A stretch of 64,000 nucleotides of DNA, taken from the NCBI GenBank assembly GCA_050250935.1, contig JBFWNS010000002.1:166433-230432 (forward strand). The letters run 5' to 3'. The notes below the pieces were generated by a model, which did no database searches, was not told the origin of the DNA, and saw only the letters and a list, made by a program, of their open reading frames with translations. This document shows, in pieces, positions 47,866-56,378 of this stretch. Made by a program: the position numbers and the translations under genes. Within the stretch, counting starts at the first letter, position 1, and the number at the start of each line of letters is the position of its first letter. Source of the stretch: Candidatus Margulisiibacteriota bacterium (lineage in GTDB: Bacteria; Margulisbacteria; Marinamargulisbacteria; JBFWNS01).

Positions 47866-49101
47866 ATGAACCACACCTCCTTTTTTAAGCTTCTCTCCTC
47901 TCGTTTTTTGTATTCCATGGCGGTTCAAATTCAGGCTCTGGTCTTGGGCTGGCAGATGTATACCTTGACCCACAGCCCGGTCTATTTGGGGTTGATTGGA
48001 TTGGCCGAGGCGGTTCCAGCCCTTAGCTTGGCCTTGTTTTCGGGATACCTGATCGACCGCTCTAATCCCATGAAAATGTTAACCTTTTCCATTGTGGTGG
48101 GTCTGGTTTCAGCTTCGTTTTTGTGGGCACCCCATTTGCCCGGTATCCATCTGGGGTTGAAACTGCAAATCATCTGCCTGTTTTTGTCTTCTTTTTTGAC
48201 TGGCATTTCCAGATCGTTTTTACACCCCAGCGTCTTTGCCATCGTGCCCCGCATTGTCGAGCGCAGCTATTTGCCAAAATCCTCGGCGTGGATGACGATG
48301 GCCTATCAAACCGCCAGTGTGTCTGGCCCAGCCATTGGGGGGCTATTGTTTGGATTTTTTGGCATTTTTACAGCTGCCTCGGTGGTGGTGGGACTAACCA
48401 CCTTGTCTTTGCTGGGATTAAGTTTGACCCATTTTGCTTGGACCCCTGCCCCGCAACAACCGGTTCGGGGGCGGTTTAAAGTCGAGTTGATGTCTGGGCT
48501 TCGATTTGTGTTTAAACACCCGCTCTTATTGCCTGCCCTATCCTTGGACATGATTTCGGTGTTGTTTGGGGGCATTACGGCTTTGCTTCCTATTTATGCA
48601 GCCGAAATCTTGTTTGTGGGGCCCATTGGACTGGGCTGGCTTCGGGCAGCAACAGCCATTGGTGCCGGCGGCGTCAGTCTTGCGCTCACCCAAATTGAAA
48701 TCAAAAAGAAAGCCGGTCGCTTGCTATTGGGCTCTGTAACAGGGTTTGGGGTTTGCATTTTGGTGTTTGCCATCAGCAAAAACTATGTCTTGTCTTTCGG
48801 AGCCTTGCTGCTGAGTGGCATGTTCGATTCCGTCAGTGCGGTGATCCGCTCGGCCTTGGTTCAATTGTCCTCGCCCGACGAGCTTCGGGGCCGCATTTCT
48901 GCAGTGAACATGGTTTTTATCAGCTCTTCGAACGAGCTTGGGGAATTTGAATCGGGCATGGCGGCTAAGTTGTTGGGCACTGTTCCTGCTGCCGTCTTTG
49001 GCGGCATTGTTTGCTTGCTAACGGTGGGTACCGTAACCCTGTTTTCAAAACCCCTGCGGGAATTGGATTTGTCTAGGCTTAGGCCGGAAGAGACGTTGTA
49101 A
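47866..49101 (+). CDS. MFS transporter (EntS/MefA-like)
   Basis: About 12 TM segments; SGYLIDR, GPAIGG, PDELRGRI, SNELGEFESG. Confidence 0.92.
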   Translation: MNHTSFFKLLSSRFLYSMAVQIQALVLGWQMYTLTHSPVYLGLIGLAEAVPALSLALFSGYLIDRSNPMKMLTFSIVVGLVSASFLWAPHLPGIHLGLKLQIICLFLSSFLTGISRSFLHPSVFAIVPRIVERSYLPKSSAWMTMAYQTASVSGPAIGGLLFGFFGIFTAASVVVGLTTLSLLGLSLTHFAWTPAPQQPVRGRFKVELMSGLRFVFKHPLLLPALSLDMISVLFGGITALLPIYAAEILFVGPIGLGWLRAATAIGAGGVSLALTQIEIKKKAGRLLLGSVTGFGVCILVFAISKNYVLSFGALLLSGMFDSVSAVIRSALVQLSSPDELRGRISAVNMVFISSSNELGEFESGMAAKLLGTVPAAVFGGIVCLLTVGTVTLFSKPLRELDLSRLRPEETL

Positions 49102-50218
49102 AAAAAGTCTCTGCAGCGTTTCGATCGATGATCATCGGCACTGCATTTGGGTAGATCTTTAAAAACTTCTCTAACCCGCGATGCCGGCTGGCTTTATGGT
49201 CAGATTTAACTTCGATCGCGTACAATTTTTCATTGGTTTGAAACACAAAATCCACCTCATCATTACCGTCTCGATAATAGGAAAGTTGGCCTTTTTGAAG
49301 CGATAAATGGGCACCAACAGCCGCCTCTAGAAGTCGCCCTTTCCAAATTGAGTCTTCTTTTTTGGAGCCATGAAGGGCCTGAGGCAAGGCGTTGTTTAAG
49401 GGAAGTAACTTTGGTGCGGACGATCGTCGTCGGAGTTCAGACCCGCCATATTTTTGAAGAGCTTTAACTAAAAATGCCCCTTCAAACAAGGTCAAATAAT
49501 GCTGAATGGTGGTGATGTTACCCTTATCTTGTAATTGCCCCAACAACTTGGTCAGGGAAATTTCCTGGGCCGGATAGGCCATTGCAAGTTCAAAACACTG
49601 TCGAAAAAGGGCTGGCTTGTGCACCGTTGCTACTTGCAAGATATCTTTGGACAAAACCGGTTCGATAATGCCGTATTTAACATAGTCTTCCCAACGCTCT
49701 TGATTCGAAACCAATTCTGCGGCGCCCGGATAGCCGCCATAGGTTAAATAGGTCTCCAAGTTCCAACCAAAAGCTTCTTTACAATGGGTATAGCTCCAAT
49801 GTGGGGCAAAAATCAATTCAAATCGGCCCGCCAAGCTTTCCGAAAGTCCTTGCTGAATACTTAAGCTCGCCGAACCCAAGAGCACCACTTTCATGGAACG
49901 AGAGGCCCGTTCTTGATCAAACATGACTTTAATCACCCGACTCCAATCCCGTACCTTTTGAATTTCATCAAAAACCAGCAACACATTGTTACCCATGCTT
50001 TTGGCCAATTTCCATTGAACTTCGATCCAGCTTTCGGTGGGTGCAGCCACTTCGTCTGCCGTCACCATCAAAGTAGGCCCTTTCCACCGAGAAACGATAC
50101 TTTTTAGCGCTGTGGTTTTACCCACCTGCCTAGGCCCCAAGACAACCTGAATAAAATTCAAATCAGATTGAAGGCGTTGTTCTAAAAAATGTTCAAATTC
50201 CGGCTTCATTAAGTTCAT
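49079..50218 (-). CDS. AAA_14 ATPase with DUF4143 and C-terminal PD-(D/E)XK-like domain
   Basis: GPRQVGKTT, FDEIQK, LLGS, ESLAGR, GGYP, EVDFV...IEVKS. Confidence 0.9.
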   Translation of the reverse strand: MNLMKPEFEHFLEQRLQSDLNFIQVVLGPRQVGKTTALKSIVSRWKGPTLMVTADEVAAPTESWIEVQWKLAKSMGNNVLLVFDEIQKVRDWSRVIKVMFDQERASRSMKVVLLGSASLSIQQGLSESLAGRFELIFAPHWSYTHCKEAFGWNLETYLTYGGYPGAAELVSNQERWEDYVKYGIIEPVLSKDILQVATVHKPALFRQCFELAMAYPAQEISLTKLLGQLQDKGNITTIQHYLTLFEGAFLVKALQKYGGSELRRRSSAPKLLPLNNALPQALHGSKKEDSIWKGRLLEAAVGAHLSLQKGQLSYYRDGNDEVDFVFQTNEKLYAIEVKSDHKASRHRGLEKFLKIYPNAVPMIIDRNAAETFFTTSLPA

Positions 50219-50237
50219 ATTCAACAGAATATCAAAC

Positions 50238-50280
50238 TTTACTAGATATAACTAGTAATTTTACTAGATATAACTAGTAA
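50238..50280. repeat. Tandem 21-bp direct repeat, each unit a palindrome (operator-like)
   Basis: TTTACTAGATATAACTAGTAA at 50238-50258 and 50260-50280; each unit contains TTACTAG-N6-CTAGTAA. Confidence 0.9.
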
Positions 50281-50331
50281 ATTAAGATTCTTCCCCATTT
50301 TTATGCGTGGTGCTATGTTTGTTTTTATCCC

Positions 50332-51459
50332 ATGTCAGACAAATTTTCTTTAAAAGACCATCTGTTTAATGCCACAACCGTTGAAAAACTGGCTGCCGAA
50401 CTATTGGTTGCCTATCCTGCTTTTAACTCAAAAAGCTTTACCCAAACCGTTTTGGCCAAGTTCCCTGAACTGGAGCTTAAAGCTCGGATTGCTTGGATTT
50501 CCGAAACCCTCAAACAACACCTTCCCCCCAACTATCCCGATGCCTTGGCCATTGTACTGGCCGCTTTGCCAGCGCCCTGTGACCCCAGCAAAACCGACAA
50601 CGATTTTGGAAGCTTCACCTATGCCGCCTATGGCGATTTTGTGGCTAAAAATGGCTGCACAAAACCCCATTTAACCCAAAGTTTAGAAGCCCTAAAAGCC
50701 ATTACCACCCGATTTTCGGCAGAAGATGCCATTCGCCCTTTTTTGAATGCCTTTCCCAACGAAACTTTGGCTGTTCTTAAACATTGGACCCAAGACAAGC
50801 ACTATCACGTTCGTCGGCTGGTCAGCGAAGGCACCCGCCCCAAACTGCCTTGGGCACCTAAAATTTTTTTGGATCCTCGCCAAGCACTTCCGCTTTTGGA
50901 CGCTCTTTTTGCAGATTCCACCCGCTATGTCACCCGCTCGGTGGCCAACCATTTAAACGACATTGCCAAGCTGGACCCTGGCTTGGTGCTGAAAACCCTG
51001 GATCGCTGGCAAACCAGCAAACGCCAAACCCCAGCCGAAATGGCCTATCTATGCCGCCATGCGTTGCGGGGCCTCATCAAAGCGGGGCACGCCGATACCC
51101 TGCGCTTTTTAAACTATTCGCCTGAAGCTCAGGTGAGTTTATCCCACTTCTCTCTTGAAAAATCAGTTGTCAAAATCGGGGAAGCCCTGGTTTTTTCGCT
51201 TGAATTAAGGGCTCAAAAAGCCGAACGGGTGGTGGTGGACTATGTACTTCATTTTCAAAACAAAGCCGGCGAAATGGCCAGCAAAAAAGTGTATAAACTG
51301 ACTGAATGCACCCTCCAAAAAGGCGAACCCCAGTGCTTTTCCAAACGCCACCCCCTTCGCGCCAACATGACCACCCGCCCCCTATTTCCCGGCGCTCATC
51401 GCGTGGATATTCAGATTAACGGGCAGTGTTTGGGGTCTTTGGATTTTGAATTAATTTAG
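50332..51459 (+). CDS. DNA alkylation repair protein (AlkC/YhaZ-like HEAT-repeat)
   Basis: LELKAR, FSAEDAIRPF, HVRRLVSEGTRPKLPW, YVTRSVANHLNDIAK, TTRPLFPG.H. Confidence 0.88.
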   Translation: MSDKFSLKDHLFNATTVEKLAAELLVAYPAFNSKSFTQTVLAKFPELELKARIAWISETLKQHLPPNYPDALAIVLAALPAPCDPSKTDNDFGSFTYAAYGDFVAKNGCTKPHLTQSLEALKAITTRFSAEDAIRPFLNAFPNETLAVLKHWTQDKHYHVRRLVSEGTRPKLPWAPKIFLDPRQALPLLDALFADSTRYVTRSVANHLNDIAKLDPGLVLKTLDRWQTSKRQTPAEMAYLCRHALRGLIKAGHADTLRFLNYSPEAQVSLSHFSLEKSVVKIGEALVFSLELRAQKAERVVVDYVLHFQNKAGEMASKKVYKLTECTLQKGEPQCFSKRHPLRANMTTRPLFPGAHRVDIQINGQCLGSLDFELI

Positions 51460-51477
51460 CTGGTTGATTTCGCCCAA

Positions 51478-52779
51478 CTACGCGTTGGGAAACCACAGCT
51501 TAAGTTGCGTTCCCGGCCGATGCTCTGGGTCGCTTTCTAGGGTGATTTTCCCCTTAAAGTCGTTGACCAACCCCTGAACAATGGCTAGACCAAACCGGTG
51601 TTGCTCGCCGTTGTCTTTGAGGGCGACTTCCTGGTTAAAAAAGGTCGCTTGCTGCTCTTTGGAAAGACCAGGGCCGGTATCTCGAACACAGACACAAACC
51701 CCTTCGATGCCATCCCGACTTTCGGTTTCAGTGGACAAATACAATTCGCCACCGTCTGGCATCACCGCCAAAGCATTGCTGATGAGGTTGGTGAAAATTT
51801 GAAACATCCCGCGCTGTGTCCCCATCACCCCTGGGGTTTCGTGCAAATAGTCCACCATTTTGATGTTCTGCTGCACACATTTGGCCTTGCTTAATTTAAT
51901 GATTTTTTCCAAGGTACTTTGAACCTGAAGTTTTTCCAGCACCGTGCCCCCACCCGCCGCACTTAGCATGCCACTGAGCACCGATTGCATGTCTTTGACC
52001 GTTTGATCCACAACCCCAATGGCACTTTTTAAACGATCCGGCTGATCGATGACAAACTGCAGCCCATAGGTGGTCATGCCCAACAAATGCAGGGGATTTT
52101 TAAGCTCGTGGGCAATCTGCTCGGTCAAAAGGGCATAGGCCCGATACCGCTCGGCCTCGGCCAGCCGCTCGGATTGGGATTTTAGAACTCGGTTTGCGGA
52201 TTCGAGTTGGGCATTGGAAAGGTTTAAATCTGAAACAGCTTGTTCCAAATCCAGCAAAGCAATTTTCGAGCTATTATAATAAAAATAGATCGCAAAAATA
52301 ATCATCGAAAATGTCATCAACATAATGGTGATATACACAAATTGAAGCTGAGATTTCGGCAAAATAACGGTTGGAAATAACGCATAGTTGGTTATCTCGA
52401 GCAAAATCAGACCCCCTATCGACAAAGCAATACCAAATACAGCCCCCTGCCATTCTTTTTCGCCAAAAACCACAAAAGAAACAGCCGACAAGCCATAAAA
52501 CACCCACTGGATACCGCTATCTCGACCCAAAGACGACGCATAGAACAAGACAGCTGCCCAAGTACAAATTACAAGCCCCAAACGTGATATAGTGGGGAAC
52601 CGTTGATTTAAATAAAGGCAAAGGGATAAAACCAGAACAACAGGCCAACAAATAAAGCTTAGAAGACTTTGCCCAATAATTTGAAAAATAATGCCCCAAG
52701 GAACCGCAATGCCAATCAGCAAAAGGGCAACATTTCGGGTCAACGTTTTCCGATTCTGATACCGATCTAGCTGTTGCAT
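51478..52779 (-). CDS. 6-TM membrane sensor histidine kinase (MASE7-like input), degenerate G2 box
   Basis: About six TM helices, coiled coil, IAHELKNPL, NLISNA, DTGPG, HRFGL. Confidence 0.88.
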   Translation of the reverse strand: MQQLDRYQNRKTLTRNVALLLIGIAVPWGIIFQIIGQSLLSFICWPVVLVLSLCLYLNQRFPTISRLGLVICTWAAVLFYASSLGRDSGIQWVFYGLSAVSFVVFGEKEWQGAVFGIALSIGGLILLEITNYALFPTVILPKSQLQFVYITIMLMTFSMIIFAIYFYYNSSKIALLDLEQAVSDLNLSNAQLESANRVLKSQSERLAEAERYRAYALLTEQIAHELKNPLHLLGMTTYGLQFVIDQPDRLKSAIGVVDQTVKDMQSVLSGMLSAAGGGTVLEKLQVQSTLEKIIKLSKAKCVQQNIKMVDYLHETPGVMGTQRGMFQIFTNLISNALAVMPDGGELYLSTETESRDGIEGVCVCVRDTGPGLSKEQQATFFNQEVALKDNGEQHRFGLAIVQGLVNDFKGKITLESDPEHRPGTQLKLWFPNA

Positions 52780-52788
52780 TAAAGGGTC

Positions 52789-54696
52789 TTAATCGGCAAT
52801 AACAACAGGGCTTCGAAGCCGATACCGACTACTTTCCTCAGTAAACAACACGTTCGAACCTTGCCAGCACTGCCATTGTTCAAATTTAGCTTGAAGGGCA
52901 TCTATAGCTCTACGCTTCTCTGATTCAAGTTCATCAGGCCGAATCTCAAAGTCGTCATCCCAAAGATGTCCAACGTCCCCAAAAAGCTCCGTATAACTTC
53001 GATGAAATTCAGCCATATGTTTATCGTGGGAATCTGCTAAATAATGCACAGCCTCTAGAAAACGTCTACCATAGGAAGTCACACCTGACGAATTCATTCT
53101 GATTTTTAAAAGATTGGGCTCATCGCTATCCCATTCTTTAGCCCCCCCCAAATCATTTACCAAACAAATGGCTGTATTGATATTTGTATCCATAATTCCA
53201 TATAAATGGGACTGTCTGAGTTTATCAGGAATCTGAATATTTAATAAAAATTCACCCAAAACAAAAACGGTTGGAACTGCCCCGCTGGTTCTGCGATGAT
53301 TCAAATACTGCTCAACCGGCGGTGCTTTTTCACGAATTTGCATTTCAGCAACAGCCGATTGAAAATATTGATTTGCTTTATCATAAAAAGCATTTAATAA
53401 ATCCGAATCTACTTTTGTTGACTGTTGGTGCTGTCGTAAACGGCACCCAAAATCATAGATGGCTCGGCCTAAAACTTTTGCCTGTTGCAGTTCCGATGAG
53501 GTTAAAACAGTTGACCAGTCATATTGGCGCTCATCTGCGCTATGAGCATCCGATCGGTCTAGTTCTTGTTCAAAATCTTCAAAGGTGTACTTTTCGTTTT
53601 TCAATAAACTCATTAACAGTCGGTTAAATGCTTGTAACAAGGGCTTATTCTCAAGCTTTCCAAATGTTGCGTCTTTTCTGTCGATCAAATCATCAAACAA
53701 AAATAAAATTAATACCCACATGGTATTAATTTTGTGTTTTTCAATATCTTTGGTTTGTAAAAGGGCATTAACCGCAAGCTCAATGAACTTACTGTTCTCA
53801 AAAGATCGAATAACATGATCACGATCTTGTTCATCACAGGCTTTTAACACGTCCCGGTACCACACAAACATGTCTTCAATCACTTGTTGGATCAAGCCCG
53901 ATTCATGCCGAGTTGGCTTTCTCCCAACCTGTAATTCAACAACCAAGGGCCTTCTGTTAATCTCAAAGGACACATGAAACTTCTGGGTCACGCCCTGCTC
54001 AACGGTGGTGCTTGAAGCAACACATTCAACCCTCTCAGATGTTGGCTCAGGTAAAGTTTGGGCAGCAGCAGCAGCAGCAGACGCTCTTGCTCCATTTAAA
54101 TCGGGAAAATTCGGGGGTACAGGTAGTCTTTGATCACCAAAAAAGGATGGGGGTCTTTTAACGGGCACAAAATCTGGCTCTGAACCAATCTGAAAAGAAT
54201 CATTGGAAACGGGTTTGATGGGTGGGGTTTCCGAACTATTAGGTCGGAAATTTGGACTTCGGCCTGGGGGTTCTTCGGATCCTGATGTTGGGGTTATGCT
54301 TCTGGGAAGTACCGTAATCACCTGTGTTGCAACTATTTTTATACTGACTCTTACTTCTTCAATTTTAAGAGGCTGACCGTCTACTGGTTTTGCGCCAGCA
54401 ATCATGGCTTTAATCATGGCGCCTTTTTCTGTAGGCCCACTCTCTTTAGCCAAATGCAGACCAATATCGTGTATAAGATCAAAAATTTGTACAGCGTTTG
54501 CTTCTGAAACCCCATCCCGTGTACTCTGCAAATATGGCAAAATATCTCTAACCGAGACTACCGGCGTCCGATCCCCAAAAATTTCTGTAAACCTTGCCAA
54601 TAGCGGTACTTCTGGTGCAACAGGCCTAGGCGGCTCGATTTGCCAAGCCATAGGTACTGCAATTTGTTTATGATGAAGTGGACAATATTTTTTCAT
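52789..54696 (-). CDS. Class I (microbial-type) terpene cyclase with long N-terminal extension
   Basis: FLFDDLID (DDxxD), YLNHRRTSGA (pyrophosphate-sensor Arg triad), NDLGGAKE (NSE-like), WQGSN...SSRY (RY pair). Confidence 0.85.
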   Translation of the reverse strand: MKKYCPLHHKQIAVPMAWQIEPPRPVAPEVPLLARFTEIFGDRTPVVSVRDILPYLQSTRDGVSEANAVQIFDLIHDIGLHLAKESGPTEKGAMIKAMIAGAKPVDGQPLKIEEVRVSIKIVATQVITVLPRSITPTSGSEEPPGRSPNFRPNSSETPPIKPVSNDSFQIGSEPDFVPVKRPPSFFGDQRLPVPPNFPDLNGARASAAAAAAQTLPEPTSERVECVASSTTVEQGVTQKFHVSFEINRRPLVVELQVGRKPTRHESGLIQQVIEDMFVWYRDVLKACDEQDRDHVIRSFENSKFIELAVNALLQTKDIEKHKINTMWVLILFLFDDLIDRKDATFGKLENKPLLQAFNRLLMSLLKNEKYTFEDFEQELDRSDAHSADERQYDWSTVLTSSELQQAKVLGRAIYDFGCRLRQHQQSTKVDSDLLNAFYDKANQYFQSAVAEMQIREKAPPVEQYLNHRRTSGAVPTVFVLGEFLLNIQIPDKLRQSHLYGIMDTNINTAICLVNDLGGAKEWDSDEPNLLKIRMNSSGVTSYGRRFLEAVHYLADSHDKHMAEFHRSYTELFGDVGHLWDDDFEIRPDELESEKRRAIDALQAKFEQWQCWQGSNVLFTEESSRYRLRSPVVIAD

Positions 54697-54760
54697 AGAA
54701 AATGGGGACCTCTGACAGAGGTAAAAGGGTTAGAAAAATGGGGTAGAAACGCTATGAAAT

Positions 54761-54801
54761 AATTCTAAACCCATTCCCCCAAAAGTAAAAGATTTTTTTA
54801 T
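54761..54801 (-). repeat. 41-bp direct repeat, copy 1 (promoter-like) upstream of the terpene cyclase
   Basis: AATTCTAAACCCATTCCCCCAAAAGTAAAAGATTTTTTTAT, identical to 56198-56238. Minus strand reads TTTACT-16-TAGAAT. Confidence 0.9.
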
Positions 54802-56117
54802 GTCAACTTCTGGTTGATTTGAAAAGTGACTTGAAAAGTTGTTCCAAGTCCCTGCTCTGTAGTAATGTGGAGTTTTCCTCCCTGCGCCGCCACAACCTCC
54901 TTAACAAACGTCAGTCCAAACCCCGAATTCCCAACCTTGGTACTAAACCCTTCCTCAAAAATTTGATCCATAATCTCTGGGGCAATCCCTCCGGCATTAT
55001 CCCGAAGTCCAAACAAAACCCCACCTTCCGTTCTTTTTGCCGAAAATTCTAGCTTGGTAGCCCCCGCTTGAATGGCGTTGACCATAAGATTGATGATGAC
55101 GTTTTGAATTGCCCCTTCATGGCCATAAATAAGGGGAAGGTTCGATTCAAAATCCAACGTGGCTTGAACATTTTTTAGACAAAGATCTCCCTTTGACATG
55201 GTTAGCAAGGCTCGAACCATGGATTCCAATTCAAAAGTACTCGTTGCAGAAATGCTGAGGGAATTTTGGTGCAGAAGGGTTTCGACCAAATTATAGAGAT
55301 TGGCGATAGTCCCTCTTAAGATGTTGGCTATTTTTTCGATATCATCTGGGCTTTTGGCGTATTGAGACATAAGGTCGGGGACATTGGTCATCAAGCTGAG
55401 TGGATTTTTGATTTCGTGGGCAATGTGCTGGGTCATGGTGGCGAATTGGGCTTTTTGGGTTAAGGACTTATTGGTTTCCCAAAGTGTGGCGTGGGCAGAT
55501 TGAAGTTGGGTGAGGGTCGTTTCAACTTGCTGTAAAGCTATTTGGAGGTTTTCTTCGTGATATTCATTGAGTGCAATATAATAACGGAGGGTTAAGAATA
55601 CCATGCTAAAAGCAACTGCTAGGCTTAAAAAAGACAGTGAAAAAGAAGCTGTTGTTGAGATCTGGACCGATGAAATTTTATGGGAATACAAAGGCCACAA
55701 TTGTAATAAAACCATGGTTGAGAAAGGAATAGTAAAAGCTACAATTTGAAGTATTTTTTCTCTGGGGCTAAACAAAGCCAAAGAAACGGCTGCAATAACA
55801 ACAGCAACAATTTGAATACCTGCCTTTGGACCTAAAATAAATGCAAAGGTAAGAATAGCCAGGCAAGTTGAAAAAACAATTGCGAGCTTTCCTAGCTTGA
55901 TAAAGCCTTTGGAAATAAAAGTATAGGAACTTAGAAATAAAAGGACAAAAGGAATCACCAAAAGCGCTAATCTAGGGAACCCTAAAAACAAAAATAAGAG
56001 ACTATAAGGAACCCCAGCGGCGGAACCCACTAAAATTAATGTATTGGCCAAATACAGGCGCCTTTTTTCGGGTTGCTGAATAAAACTAGAGCCCGTTTCT
56101 AGTATTTTTGTAAGCAA
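54798..56117 (-). CDS. 6-TM membrane sensor histidine kinase (MASE7-like input)
   Basis: About six TM helices with VPY and LGPKAGIQ, IAHEIKNPL, NLMVNA, DNAGG, GNSGFGL. Confidence 0.9.
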   Translation of the reverse strand: MLTKILETGSSFIQQPEKRRLYLANTLILVGSAAGVPYSLLFLFLGFPRLALLVIPFVLLFLSSYTFISKGFIKLGKLAIVFSTCLAILTFAFILGPKAGIQIVAVVIAAVSLALFSPREKILQIVAFTIPFSTMVLLQLWPLYSHKISSVQISTTASFSLSFLSLAVAFSMVFLTLRYYIALNEYHEENLQIALQQVETTLTQLQSAHATLWETNKSLTQKAQFATMTQHIAHEIKNPLSLMTNVPDLMSQYAKSPDDIEKIANILRGTIANLYNLVETLLHQNSLSISATSTFELESMVRALLTMSKGDLCLKNVQATLDFESNLPLIYGHEGAIQNVIINLMVNAIQAGATKLEFSAKRTEGGVLFGLRDNAGGIAPEIMDQIFEEGFSTKVGNSGFGLTFVKEVVAAQGGKLHITTEQGLGTTFQVTFQINQKLT

Positions 56118-56197
56118 TGATTTGGCCTTTTATTGTGGCATAGAGCTTTACAAATGGAACTCTATTTACAAAAAATAAGGGGAAACTTATGTACAGC

Positions 56198-56238
56198 AAT
56201 TCTAAACCCATTCCCCCAAAAGTAAAAGATTTTTTTAT
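56198..56238 (-). repeat. 41-bp direct repeat, copy 2 (promoter-like) upstream of the histidine kinase
   Basis: Identical to 54761-54801. Confidence 0.9.
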
Positions 56239-56378
56239 ACTCCTTTAGGGTTGACTTGAAAAGAAAATGGCTTCATGAACTATGCCAAGACACCATAACG
56301 ACTTTTTAAAGAAATCCGTGAAAGACAGCCACTTTTTTTGACTTTTTCACGATTTTTATCTGAATTTCGTTATTCTGT

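Noticed and set aside
50238..50280. Possible mini-CRISPR array
   Set aside because: Only two units separated by 1 nt, no spacer, and no cas genes in the window.
54062..54081. GCA trinucleotide repeat in the terpene cyclase as a phase-variation tract
   Set aside because: An in-frame triplet repeat encoding poly-Ala in a disordered linker; length changes would not shift the frame.
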